Assembly: GCA_038065475.1 (NCBI GenBank)
Contig: JBBTQY010000010.1
Coordinates: 72,415-134,491 of the forward strand
DNA: 62,077 nt
Reading direction: 5' to 3'
Source: Patescibacteria group bacterium
GTDB lineage: Bacteria > Patescibacteriota > Minisyncoccia > Ryanbacterales > GWA2-47-10b
Shown in pieces: positions 37,979 through 45,757 of this stretch (its first letter is position 1; the number at the start of each line of letters is the position of its first letter). The notes below the pieces were generated by a model, which worked only from the letters and a program-made list of their open reading frames with translations, was not told where the DNA came from and did not search any database. The translations under genes and the position numbers were made by a program.

Positions 37979-38653
37979 ATGAAATTATTTGTTTCTCTAA
38001 GTTTTGACGACGGTTGGAAGAGCGCTATTATGAGTGCCTATCCGCTTCTTGAAAAGTACCGAATGCCCGCAACATTCTATATCATTTCTGATCGCCTCAC
38101 GGATGAGCATTCAGAATACATGAGCCCGGAAGATCTTCGCGTGCTTGCCTCTCACGACCATGAGCTTGGTGTGCACACACGATCACATAAGCATCTTCCC
38201 GATTTGGATGATAAGGAGCTGGGATATGAGATAAACCAAGGACTCGACGACTTACTTGTCTTAGGCTTTAAGCCTCGCACATTTGCCTATCCGTATGGAG
38301 ACTGGAATCCTCACGTGGTAAAGCAAGTACGAGAAGCCGGTTTCTTTGCCGCCCGATCCATAGAACGTGGTATGAATGATGAACGAACGAATCATCTCTT
38401 ACTTCGAGGTAATGGAGTACGGGAAGATCATACGGCAGATGATGTAAAAGGTTGGATTCGTGAAGCTGCAAAAACTGGAGGATGGCTTATCCTTTATTTT
38501 CATCAAATAGAACAAGCAGAAGTGCTTCGCGAACGAAAGTGGATTTACGGCACTACTCCTCAAGTTCTCGAAGAAGTTCTGCGTTTTCTTCAGAGTGAAC
38601 AAATCCCGACTATGACGGTTGAGAAGGGGATGGAACACCTGCTGGCAGTTTGA
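37979..38653 (+). CDS. Polysaccharide deacetylase (NodB/CE4 family)
   Basis: LSFDDGW, HTRSHKHL and FAYPYGDWN motifs. Strong AGGAGG RBS. Confidence 0.87.
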   Translation: MKLFVSLSFDDGWKSAIMSAYPLLEKYRMPATFYIISDRLTDEHSEYMSPEDLRVLASHDHELGVHTRSHKHLPDLDDKELGYEINQGLDDLLVLGFKPRTFAYPYGDWNPHVVKQVREAGFFAARSIERGMNDERTNHLLLRGNGVREDHTADDVKGWIREAAKTGGWLILYFHQIEQAEVLRERKWIYGTTPQVLEEVLRFLQSEQIPTMTVEKGMEHLLAV

Positions 38654-39150
38654 TACAAAAACAATTTTCGGATGTTATCTGGTGTACGCCTCCTCAAACA
38701 TTTCACATTACCTTGCTCGATTGGATAGCTCCTCTTGTAGATTATGGAAGAGAAAAGGAACAAGTTTTCCAAGAAATATTCTTAAGTTATGATAAGGCGC
38801 TTCAAGATATTCTTGCCAAAGAAAAACCTTTTACTATAGACTTCTCAGAAATTCGAGTAAGCGAAGGAGCTATTATACTTTTTGGGCATGATAACGGAAC
38901 ATTTCAAAGAATGCGAAAAGCGTTTACCGATGTAATAACTCTTATCCCAGGAACAAAACCGCCTGCCCAAATTGTGCATTCCACTGTTTGTCGTTATCAA
39001 AAAGAAGTAGATTTATCTCCAATTCAAGAATTTGTAGCCAAGCAACAAATCCAAATAATTCAACCAATCAATGAATTCAGGCTTATTCATGAAACTACTG
39101 TTCCCATGTTGGAGTTTGAAGTGGTTAAAATATACAAAGTAGCAAAATGA
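38650..39150 (+). CDS. 2H phosphoesterase superfamily protein (LigT/cyclic phosphodiesterase-like)
   Basis: Two HxT/S motifs, FHITLL and VHSTVC, at the expected spacing. The apparent start is a TTG overlapping the upstream stop. Confidence 0.68.
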   Translation: MIQKQFSDVIWCTPPQTFHITLLDWIAPLVDYGREKEQVFQEIFLSYDKALQDILAKEKPFTIDFSEIRVSEGAIILFGHDNGTFQRMRKAFTDVITLIPGTKPPAQIVHSTVCRYQKEVDLSPIQEFVAKQQIQIIQPINEFRLIHETTVPMLEFEVVKIYKVAK

Positions 39151-39806
39151 AACCAGACACAATAATTATTCTTGGCGGAGGAACCAATGGAACTCTCAAA
39201 CCTGTTCTGTATACGGAGGAAAGGATAAAAGCTCTATCTAAACTTTATAAAAAATACCTCCGGACTCCCATCATTGTAAGTGGAGGATATTCCACATGGA
39301 TGAAATTTAAGCCGAAGTATAGAGAAGCCGATGTAATGCAGAACTACCTTATAAAGCAGGGTATCCCGAAAGATGTAATTCTTGTTGAAAGAAAGTCTCG
39401 CGATACCATTGGCAATATATATTTCTCAAAACAAATCGTAAAAAAGCATCCAAGCTGGAAAAATATCTTAATTATTACTACGAAGGGACATGAGGAGAGA
39501 AGCAAGCAATCACTCAAGAAAGTGTTTGGCAAAAAGTATAAGTTCTCATTTATCGGTGTACCTACACAATTAGCTTCATTTCGTAATAACCCAAACCGTA
39601 AAAAGTACGAACGTCATATCCAGCGGATTATTTTTGAAAGATTTTTCAAACATTGTAAAGATGGAGATGATAAAACCTTCTGGAAAATTATGAAAAAATA
39701 TCATCCTGCTCATTCACGATCAAAAGAAGCAAAAGAGCTTGCAAGAGAAATTACTGCCGCAAAGCTCAAATATCTTGGGTATACAGAGCTAAAGGTACAA
39801 AAGTAG
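39147..39806 (+). CDS. YdcF/ElyC-like DUF218 protein
   Basis: IIILGGG, VSGGY and SRDTIGN motifs. Confidence 0.78.
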   Translation: MKPDTIIILGGGTNGTLKPVLYTEERIKALSKLYKKYLRTPIIVSGGYSTWMKFKPKYREADVMQNYLIKQGIPKDVILVERKSRDTIGNIYFSKQIVKKHPSWKNILIITTKGHEERSKQSLKKVFGKKYKFSFIGVPTQLASFRNNPNRKKYERHIQRIIFERFFKHCKDGDDKTFWKIMKKYHPAHSRSKEAKELAREITAAKLKYLGYTELKVQK

Positions 39807-39851
39807 CTACTAAACAATGATTTTTTAGTTCTACCATGGTAGGCTTTTAGT

Positions 39852-40523
39852 ATGAAATCCCATAAATACCTCGGTCTCATAACGACTCTGTATATAGCCT
39901 TTCAACTCATTTCGGACGTAACGGCAGGCAAGATAGTCCAACTGGGTATTTTTACCGTTTCGGCCACTGTCCTATATTTTCCTATAACCTATATCTTTTC
40001 TGACATCCTTACGGAAGTATACGGCTACGCAAAAGCTCGAAGTGTCGTATGGCAGGCGCTACTCGCTTCAGTAATTGCAGGCTTTATCTACCAATTGGTT
40101 GTATGGCTACCGGCAGCTACAGGCTTTGATGCTAATGATGCATATACTCGTGTTCTTGGTTCCGTGCCGCGTATTCTTCTTGGAGGTTGGATTGCGGTAT
40201 GGGTAGGGGGAATTCTCAATGACTATACTCTCGCCAAAATGAAAATATGGTCAAAAGGAAAGCATTTATGGCTGAGAACAATTACATCTACCATTATCGG
40301 CGAAGGAGCAAATACGATTCTATTTTACACAATTGCTCTCTATGCTGTACTTCCAAATAATTTACTTGTTAGCTCAATTTTTTCTGGGTGGTTCTTGAAA
40401 ACGCTCGTTGAAATAATCTTTACTCCCGTAACTTATTACGTAGTTGCAAAACTCAAAAAAGCAGAACATGAAGACTACTACGATACGAATACAAACTTTA
40501 ATCCGCTTATAATAAAGTCTTAG
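39852..40523 (+). CDS. yhhQ: Queuosine-precursor transporter family (YhhQ/DUF165, VUT family)
   Basis: Polytopic. The N-terminal signature is FQLISDVTAGKIV...YFPITYIFSDILTEVYGY. Confidence 0.83.
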   Translation: MKSHKYLGLITTLYIAFQLISDVTAGKIVQLGIFTVSATVLYFPITYIFSDILTEVYGYAKARSVVWQALLASVIAGFIYQLVVWLPAATGFDANDAYTRVLGSVPRILLGGWIAVWVGGILNDYTLAKMKIWSKGKHLWLRTITSTIIGEGANTILFYTIALYAVLPNNLLVSSIFSGWFLKTLVEIIFTPVTYYVVAKLKKAEHEDYYDTNTNFNPLIIKS

Positions 40524-40550
40524 TAAGAGGCATGAGTATAGATCTACCGT

Positions 40551-40958
40551 ATGAGAAAAACTCGAAGTAATATAAAAGGCAAAAAATCTCAATTTCGTTG
40601 TATTATTCATGGTAGTTTTCGAAAGCATTTCAATGAGATAAAAAAAATCCATACCCTTTTTACAAAAGCAGGAATTGAGGTTTTAGCTCCTTCGCTGTCA
40701 GAAATTAAAAGTGTAAAAGATGGCTTTGCCTTTCTTGAAAGCGACAAGGAGAAAGATCCTCGGCTTATTGAGCTTCTTTACCTTCATAACTTAAAAAAAC
40801 TAGGGGCTGATGGTTTTAGCTATTTTGTAAATCCTGAAGGGTACCTTGGCAGAAGCGTTTCTTACGAATTAGGTATTGCTCAAATCTCCAATACTCCTTG
40901 CTTTTTCATGGAGCAACCAGCGGATCATCCGGTATACGCTCCCCGCAATGCGGTATAG
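40551..40958 (+). CDS. Nucleoside 2-deoxyribosyltransferase-like Rossmann protein (tentative)
   Basis: 135 aa. IIHGSFRKH...GRSVSYELGIA resembles the NDT/PTD-type GxxxExG loop. The call rests on motif resemblance only. Confidence 0.45.
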   Translation: MRKTRSNIKGKKSQFRCIIHGSFRKHFNEIKKIHTLFTKAGIEVLAPSLSEIKSVKDGFAFLESDKEKDPRLIELLYLHNLKKLGADGFSYFVNPEGYLGRSVSYELGIAQISNTPCFFMEQPADHPVYAPRNAV

Positions 40959-40967
40959 AGTCCAGAA

Positions 40968-41498
40968 TTGCTTACTGAATATATTTGTGAGAATAAAAAA
41001 ATGCCAGAGCCGTGCATTAAAAGAAACGAACGGTTGATTCATGCATTGTGGGAAGATCTAATGGTGCCTGGTTCTGTCGTTGCCGTAGGCGGAATTATAG
41101 AGTATACCAATACCAGAAAAAGGGAAAAAGAGATTTTGCTCGTAAAAACACATAAGTGGGGTGGACGATTTTCAGTAGTAGGAGGCAAGGTACGGCGCAA
41201 CGAGCGGATTGAAGACGCATTACGAAGAGAAATTAGGGAAGAAACAGGGCTTAAATCTTCAGTGGGCGAGCATATTTGTACATTTGATCAGATTAGAAAT
41301 TCTGGCTATTACCAAAGTGGTACGCAGCATGTTTTTGTTGATAAGGTTGTTCGAGTGTCGAGCAAGCGGGTCCAGCTCAATGAAGAAGCTCAAGGATATA
41401 TTTGGATACCTGTAAAAAATGCTTTAAAAGAACTACCCATTGAACCTAATGCAAAACATACACTTGAGTTATATGCTCAGATGCGAAATGTAATCTAA
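40968..41498 (+). CDS. Nudix hydrolase
   Basis: Nudix box GGKVRRNERIEDALRREIREETGL. The start is either TTG at 40968 or ATG at 41001. Confidence 0.85.
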   Translation: MLTEYICENKKMPEPCIKRNERLIHALWEDLMVPGSVVAVGGIIEYTNTRKREKEILLVKTHKWGGRFSVVGGKVRRNERIEDALRREIREETGLKSSVGEHICTFDQIRNSGYYQSGTQHVFVDKVVRVSSKRVQLNEEAQGYIWIPVKNALKELPIEPNAKHTLELYAQMRNVI

Positions 41499-41562
41499 AA
41501 TGTATTCATGGAATCATCGAGATCCATAAAGTAAAGGAAACAATAATAAAATATAAGCATTT

Positions 41563-41958
41563 ATGAAAAACACAAAATTAGAGAAAAAACTTCTTGGTCG
41601 CGAATGGTGGAAGGGGTCAAAAGTGCTATCGGTTGCTGGTGTGCTCGGTGCACCAATGTTTTCTTCTAATATGACTGACGAAGAGAAAGAGAAGATTATT
41701 CAAAGTTGGAACACGATTGCCGTTATTGAGGCAAATCCTAAAAATATACCCTTCCATATTGGTTTTATCCGCGAAGATGATATTTGGATACTGAAATACC
41801 CCTTAGAGACTTTAGATGGTAAATTTGGCATGAGAGTTGGCCAAAATGACTTAAAGCTTTTTGGGATACATATTTCTGTTGAAGAAGCTATTCAGCTCTC
41901 ATTGGTGGAGGTTGTAGACGAAAAAGATCCTCGATATTCTGAGTTACCACTATATTAA
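41563..41958 (+). CDS. Hypothetical protein
   Basis: 131 aa with no recognisable motif. It is embedded between the Nudix and HIT genes. Confidence 0.55.
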   Translation: MKNTKLEKKLLGREWWKGSKVLSVAGVLGAPMFSSNMTDEEKEKIIQSWNTIAVIEANPKNIPFHIGFIREDDIWILKYPLETLDGKFGMRVGQNDLKLFGIHISVEEAIQLSLVEVVDEKDPRYSELPLY

Positions 41959-41966
41959 ATTTTCCC

Positions 41967-42380
41967 ATGAGCGACTTTTCAAAGTATGTTGTTAAAGATT
42001 ACACATTCTGGCATGTAGCAGTACACCCAAACCAAAGTTACCTTGGACGATGTGTTGTATGGTGTAAAAGGGAGGACGCTCTTGATTTAGCTGATGCTAC
42101 AAAAGAAGAACAAGAAGAACTATTTATCATCCTTCATGATTTACGAGAAGCATCTCAAAAAGCATTTCAGCCCGACTTGTTCAATTATGCTTTTTTAGGA
42201 AATATAGAGCGGCATCTGCACGGACATTTTATTCCGCGTTATTCTTCCCATCGTACATTTCATGGAAGATTTTTTACTGATGAAAGATGGGGCCAAAATT
42301 ACCAACCCGATGAAAGTTTTGAAGTGACCAAAGACCTGTGGGAAGCCGTTAGGTCAAAATTATTAGAGTTTTTGAAATAG
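41967..42380 (+). CDS. HIT-family nucleotide hydrolase/transferase
   Basis: Histidine triad HLHGHFIPRY. Confidence 0.85.
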   Translation: MSDFSKYVVKDYTFWHVAVHPNQSYLGRCVVWCKREDALDLADATKEEQEELFIILHDLREASQKAFQPDLFNYAFLGNIERHLHGHFIPRYSSHRTFHGRFFTDERWGQNYQPDESFEVTKDLWEAVRSKLLEFLK

Positions 42381-42419
42381 ATTAAAGATTTTCTAACTTA
42401 TACCTGATAGTATTTTGAT

Positions 42420-42941
42420 ATGGAAAAACTATTCGTCCTCACTGACAAAGATATTTTTCCCCATGCCACAGTGCCAGAAGATATATCTTACAAATTTCGC
42501 TTAGCCGCAAAACTTATTCTTTTTGATAAAGAAAATAAGTTAGCACTGGTTGGAATAAGATATAAGCTGCTTCCGGGTGGAGGTGTTGAAGAGGGCGAAA
42601 GTATGCCAGATGCCTTGATGCGCGAAGCACGAGAAGAAGTTGGATGCGATATAGAAGTGGGTAAAGAAATTGCAGTTACCGAAGAATTTAGAGCAAAAAT
42701 GAATAGACACCAAGAAACACATTTTTTTCTTGCTACCGTTGTAGGCGAAAAAGGGTTGCCTGAAACAACTCAAACATCTGAACAAGGAATGAAGGCTTAT
42801 TGGTATGATTTGGGTGAGGTAGTTGAGATATTAGAAAAAGAAGTAAAGGAAGCCCCTCCCGAGGATTATAGTGCCTGCTTTAATGCGAGAACTCATCTTG
42901 CCGTTCTGAAGGAACTATCTAAGTCAGATAAGCTGACGTAA
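42420..42941 (+). CDS. Nudix hydrolase
   Basis: Nudix box GGGVEEGESMPDALMREAREEVGC. Confidence 0.85.
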   Translation: MEKLFVLTDKDIFPHATVPEDISYKFRLAAKLILFDKENKLALVGIRYKLLPGGGVEEGESMPDALMREAREEVGCDIEVGKEIAVTEEFRAKMNRHQETHFFLATVVGEKGLPETTQTSEQGMKAYWYDLGEVVEILEKEVKEAPPEDYSACFNARTHLAVLKELSKSDKLT

Positions 42942-43184
42942 TTTTATCCGTCACTTTAGTAACGATAGACGTAATAGATTAATTTTGCTAATGTAACTTC
43001 TATCAAAGTTTAAATTAAAATCATGCTTCTCAAACATAACAAACAAACCTGGTCCAGTTTTACCCATAGACTCCTTAACTCTTCCGACTGAGAGGGCAGG
43101 CTTTGATATTTCAAAAGCCTCGAAATCTGCCCTGCTCGGGCGGATTTTTGTTTTGTCCTTTAACAACTTAAATAAGGAGGGCAT

Positions 43185-43790
43185 ATGATATTTCGTGCTG
43201 TAGGCAACAGATGTGCCGTTCATCTCAATTCGCTCAAGCTGCCAACTTCTCAACTAGAAACCCTCAGTATTCTTAGAGGAAAAGGATTTGAGACCATTGA
43301 AGTTGATATTCCCACAATCGCAAGAGGATTTGTAGGAAAAGCGAAATACAGAAGGGGAGCAAGATTATCGAAAGCTCCATCGGTATTCGACTGCTCAAGT
43401 TTTATGAAGTGGTTATACGCAGAGCGTGGTATCTGGCTACCTCGAAGAAGTATTCAGCAAAGGGAGGTTGGAACATTCATTCATTTCCAAGATATAGCAG
43501 CGTGCGACCTTTTGTTTACGACAGGCGCTCAAAATTACTTTTTTGATGACCCAGCCGATGGAGTTGGACATGTAGGCATAGTTACCGACAGAGAAACTGT
43601 CATTCATGCCGCTAACAGTAAAGTTGGCATAATTGAGACTCCTCTCCATTCATTTGTGAATGAGGAAAACTTTCGCGGTGCCCGACGAATTATCCCGGAG
43701 GCGTTAGAGGTAATTACCCTCATTACACCTCAAGGGAGGGAAGTAGAAACATCAGACGACATTCGCTGGATTGTACTTCAGTCTCTTTGA
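43185..43790 (+). CDS. NlpC/P60 (C40) cell-wall peptidase
   Basis: Strong RBS AAGGAGGG. Catalytic Cys context FDCSSFMKWLY, His context GHVGIV, and downstream HA. Confidence 0.85.
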   Translation: MIFRAVGNRCAVHLNSLKLPTSQLETLSILRGKGFETIEVDIPTIARGFVGKAKYRRGARLSKAPSVFDCSSFMKWLYAERGIWLPRRSIQQREVGTFIHFQDIAACDLLFTTGAQNYFFDDPADGVGHVGIVTDRETVIHAANSKVGIIETPLHSFVNEENFRGARRIIPEALEVITLITPQGREVETSDDIRWIVLQSL

Positions 43791-43794
43791 ATTC

Positions 43795-43830
43795 AAAGAC
43801 GGTGAGATAACATCAAACCGTCTTTTATTT
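43795..43830 (+). terminator. Intrinsic terminator
   Basis: AAAGACGGT - loop - ACCGTCTTT followed by TATTT. Confidence 0.8.
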
Positions 43831-44220
43831 GTAAAAGAAGAGTCTTTTACAGTAGATAAAAAAATCGCTCCCTTCTTAGTAAGACAACCTAATGGGTACT
43901 TGTTCCACCCGCCGGGGGTCATTTCCGGGAGTACCGGGGGTGTTTAGAAAAGTTCGAGAGTAAATACGTTTAAGTGAGCTTTTGAGAGGATCTATGGCTT
44001 CAGACCCATACCTTCTGATAGACTATAAAAATAAGCAGGACGAATTAGTGAGTTAATTCAAGGACATTTTGGAGGGTAAGCATAGGAAACTCAACCAGCT
44101 CAACCCATCCAGGAGTTCGTAAATCGTTCACTGCTGCCAGCCAACTCGTGAGGCGCTCGAAACGCCTTAAAATAAGGATTTTTTGACCCTCAAAATCAAC
44201 GACGGGTCTAGGATTCGAAC

Positions 44221-44263
44221 CATAAACAAGAAAGGACCCGCTCGCTGTTGCGATTGGGTCCTT
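44221..44263 (-). terminator. Probable intrinsic terminator of the GC-rich minus-strand cassette
   Basis: Minus strand: AAGGACCC - loop - GGGTCCTT followed by TCTTGTTTAT. Confidence 0.55.
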
Positions 44264-44314
44264 GAACGGATGATGTTGTGGCCTCCATTCTGGCCGGTTT
44301 GTGAGTGTTCGTAG

Positions 44315-44791
44315 TCAGCAGCGCGCGCTCGTCCAGCGCTTGACGCCGTCCCACGCGCTCATAACCATCCCCACGATGATGAACAGCACGAGAGCTGCCA
44401 TGAAGATGTAGAACGAGCTCGCGTACCGATGCATGTTGATGAGTGAGCCCGCTTTCTCGAAGCCGATCTTGTCGAGGAGCGCCGCACTCCAGTGGAGGAT
44501 GATCGGTAGGAGGCTGTAGAGTGTCCATCCCCAGAAGAACCGAAGGTAGATCTGCATCATTGGCTCGTCGCTCCTGGTGAATGCCGCGCGCCAGTTCCAG
44601 GACAGAGTCCCGCCCCTGGGCCGGATCACCTCGGCGAAAATCGCCGCCATGAACCAGACGAAGAGGAATGCCGGAGCTGCGAAGGCCACGACCAGGAGCA
44701 TGTCCGCTCCATCCCACCCTGCCAAGAGGCAGTAGGGGATCGCCAGCAGCATACCTGCCAGCAGGTAGAGCGTTCCGAAAATGAAGTTCAT
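44315..44791 (-). CDS. GC-rich polytopic membrane protein (158 aa), unknown family
   Basis: The ATG at 44791 lies 9 nt after AAGGAG. About 4 TM helices. The longer listed ORF (to 44923) has an Arg-rich non-protein-like extension. Confidence 0.62.
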   Translation of the reverse strand: MNFIFGTLYLLAGMLLAIPYCLLAGWDGADMLLVVAFAAPAFLFVWFMAAIFAEVIRPRGGTLSWNWRAAFTRSDEPMMQIYLRFFWGWTLYSLLPIILHWSAALLDKIGFEKAGSLINMHRYASSFYIFMAALVLFIIVGMVMSAWDGVKRWTSARC

Positions 44792-44837
44792 CCACTTTCT
44801 CCTTGTCTCGACTCCACGTTTCCGTGAGGTGGGTTGG

Positions 44838-45251
44838 TTACCTGCCGAGCAGATAGATGGCCAGCGCCGCTGCCCCGAAGCCGAAGATCTGATGGGGGCT
44901 GAACGCCGAACCATTGAGAACACGATCCAAGATCGGTGCCCATACGACCATCATCATCGAGGTGATGACCACGATGACTCCGGTCGAGATCTGCGGGTCG
45001 GACGTCTTCATCGAATAGAAGAAGACGGCGACCCCATTGATCGCTCCTGCAGCTAGCAGAAGCGTGGCACCGCGTAGCGTTGGAGGAGTGGCGAGTGCTC
45101 TTCCCGAGAAGACCGCGACGAGCGTCAGCGTTCCCACGGAAGCGAGCACGCCAACCCATGCACCGGTGATGCCCGAGTACTTGCCGATGATCGGCCAGGT
45201 GACGAATGCGAGCGCAATGAGTGCCGCAGGCAGAACCATTCCGAAATTCAT
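44838..45251 (-). CDS. GC-rich 4-TM membrane protein (137 aa), half-size DMT/EamA-like (tentative)
   Basis: The ATG at 45251 lies 7 nt after AGGAGG. Four hydrophobic helices. Confidence 0.62.
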   Translation of the reverse strand: MNFGMVLPAALIALAFVTWPIIGKYSGITGAWVGVLASVGTLTLVAVFSGRALATPPTLRGATLLLAAGAINGVAVFFYSMKTSDPQISTGVIVVITSMMMVVWAPILDRVLNGSAFSPHQIFGFGAAALAIYLLGR

Positions 45252-45306
45252 CGTGTGCCTCCTGCCCAAAAGGGCGGTTGAGTTTCGAAGGACTAAATAC
45301 TTTGCA

Positions 45307-45335
45307 TACTGTACATTAAAATACTAATTTGTCAA
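45307..45335 (-). promoter_or_regulatory. Candidate promoter of the minus-strand cassette (TTGACA - 16 nt - TACAGT)
   Basis: The reverse complement contains TTGACAAATTAGTATTTTAATGTACAGT. Confidence 0.35.
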
Positions 45336-45369
45336 GTATAAAAAATAACCCATCTAGAGCAAAATTCTA

Positions 45370-45455
45370 GGCGCACGAGACCGGTTGGATTCCCAAACCC
45401 CCAGCTAACTAGAGCTAAGTTCGGAGTACAAGGAGCATTGGATTTGTTAAAATAA
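45370..45455 (+). repeat. Decayed tRNA-Gln 3' half plus downstream flank (distal att-like repeat)
   Basis: GGCGCACGAGACCGGTTGGATTCCCAAACCCCCAGCTAAC versus the tRNA GGCGTTTATCGGGGTTCGAATCCCTGTCCCCCAGCTAAC. The T stem no longer pairs. Confidence 0.65.
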
Positions 45456-45459
45456 TCTT

Positions 45460-45744
45460 ATGTTTAAAAAGTTTGTTGCATATTACAAAAATAATCCCGG
45501 CGGATATTGGTTCAAACGCAATCCCTTTGGCTGGGGTTGGATACCGGTGAAGTGGCAAGGTTGGATAGTTACCCTAAGCTCAGTAGCTCTTATCTCCGGT
45601 GGTATCTATATCGGAGAGACTGATGACGCCCCCGGTGCGGCGCTATTAGGTATTGTACTCGCTGCTTTGCTCACCTTTGGTTTTGGTCACAAGAAGGGAG
45701 AAAAAGTCTGCTGGCAGTGGGGATTTCCAAAAGATAAAGCGTAG
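45460..45744 (+). CDS. Small membrane protein
   Basis: 94 aa, two TM helices, Trp-rich ends. Confidence 0.6.
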   Translation: MFKKFVAYYKNNPGGYWFKRNPFGWGWIPVKWQGWIVTLSSVALISGGIYIGETDDAPGAALLGIVLAALLTFGFGHKKGEKVCWQWGFPKDKA

Positions 45745-45757
45745 AAAGCATTTAATT

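Larger units (their letters stand above)
37830..45404. mobile_element. Island 3 at tRNA-Gln (7.6 kb, no integrase seen), flanked by homologous core + flank repeats
   Basis: The left flank 37821-37875 and right flank 45398-45455 share CAGCyAAC..GAG..AAGTTCGG..AGGAG..ATTT. The right end retains about 35 nt of a decayed tRNA-Gln 3' half (45370-45404). Confidence 0.4.

Noticed and set aside
39807-39851. A possible preQ1 riboswitch upstream of the YhhQ-type transporter gene.
   Set aside because: There are only 45 nt of spacer. It has a small hairpin (CTACC-ATG-GTAG), but lacks the conserved loop and the A-rich tail with ACUAAGG-like pseudoknot sequence of preQ1-I.
42951-43253. A 100-aa minus-strand ORF between the second Nudix gene and the NlpC/P60 gene.
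   Set aside because: It has no RBS and overlaps the strongly supported NlpC/P60 start. The region folds into a long + strand hairpin ending in a T-run (about 43090-43165), consistent with an operon terminator. Coding is possible but unsupported.
44208-45159. Alternative-frame ORFs (44208-44795 minus, 44788-45159 minus, 44781-45056 plus) in the GC-rich cassette.
   Set aside because: They are Arg/Gly/Pro-rich with no TM helices or motifs. The chosen frames give clean 4-TM proteins, each preceded by an AGGAGG-type RBS.
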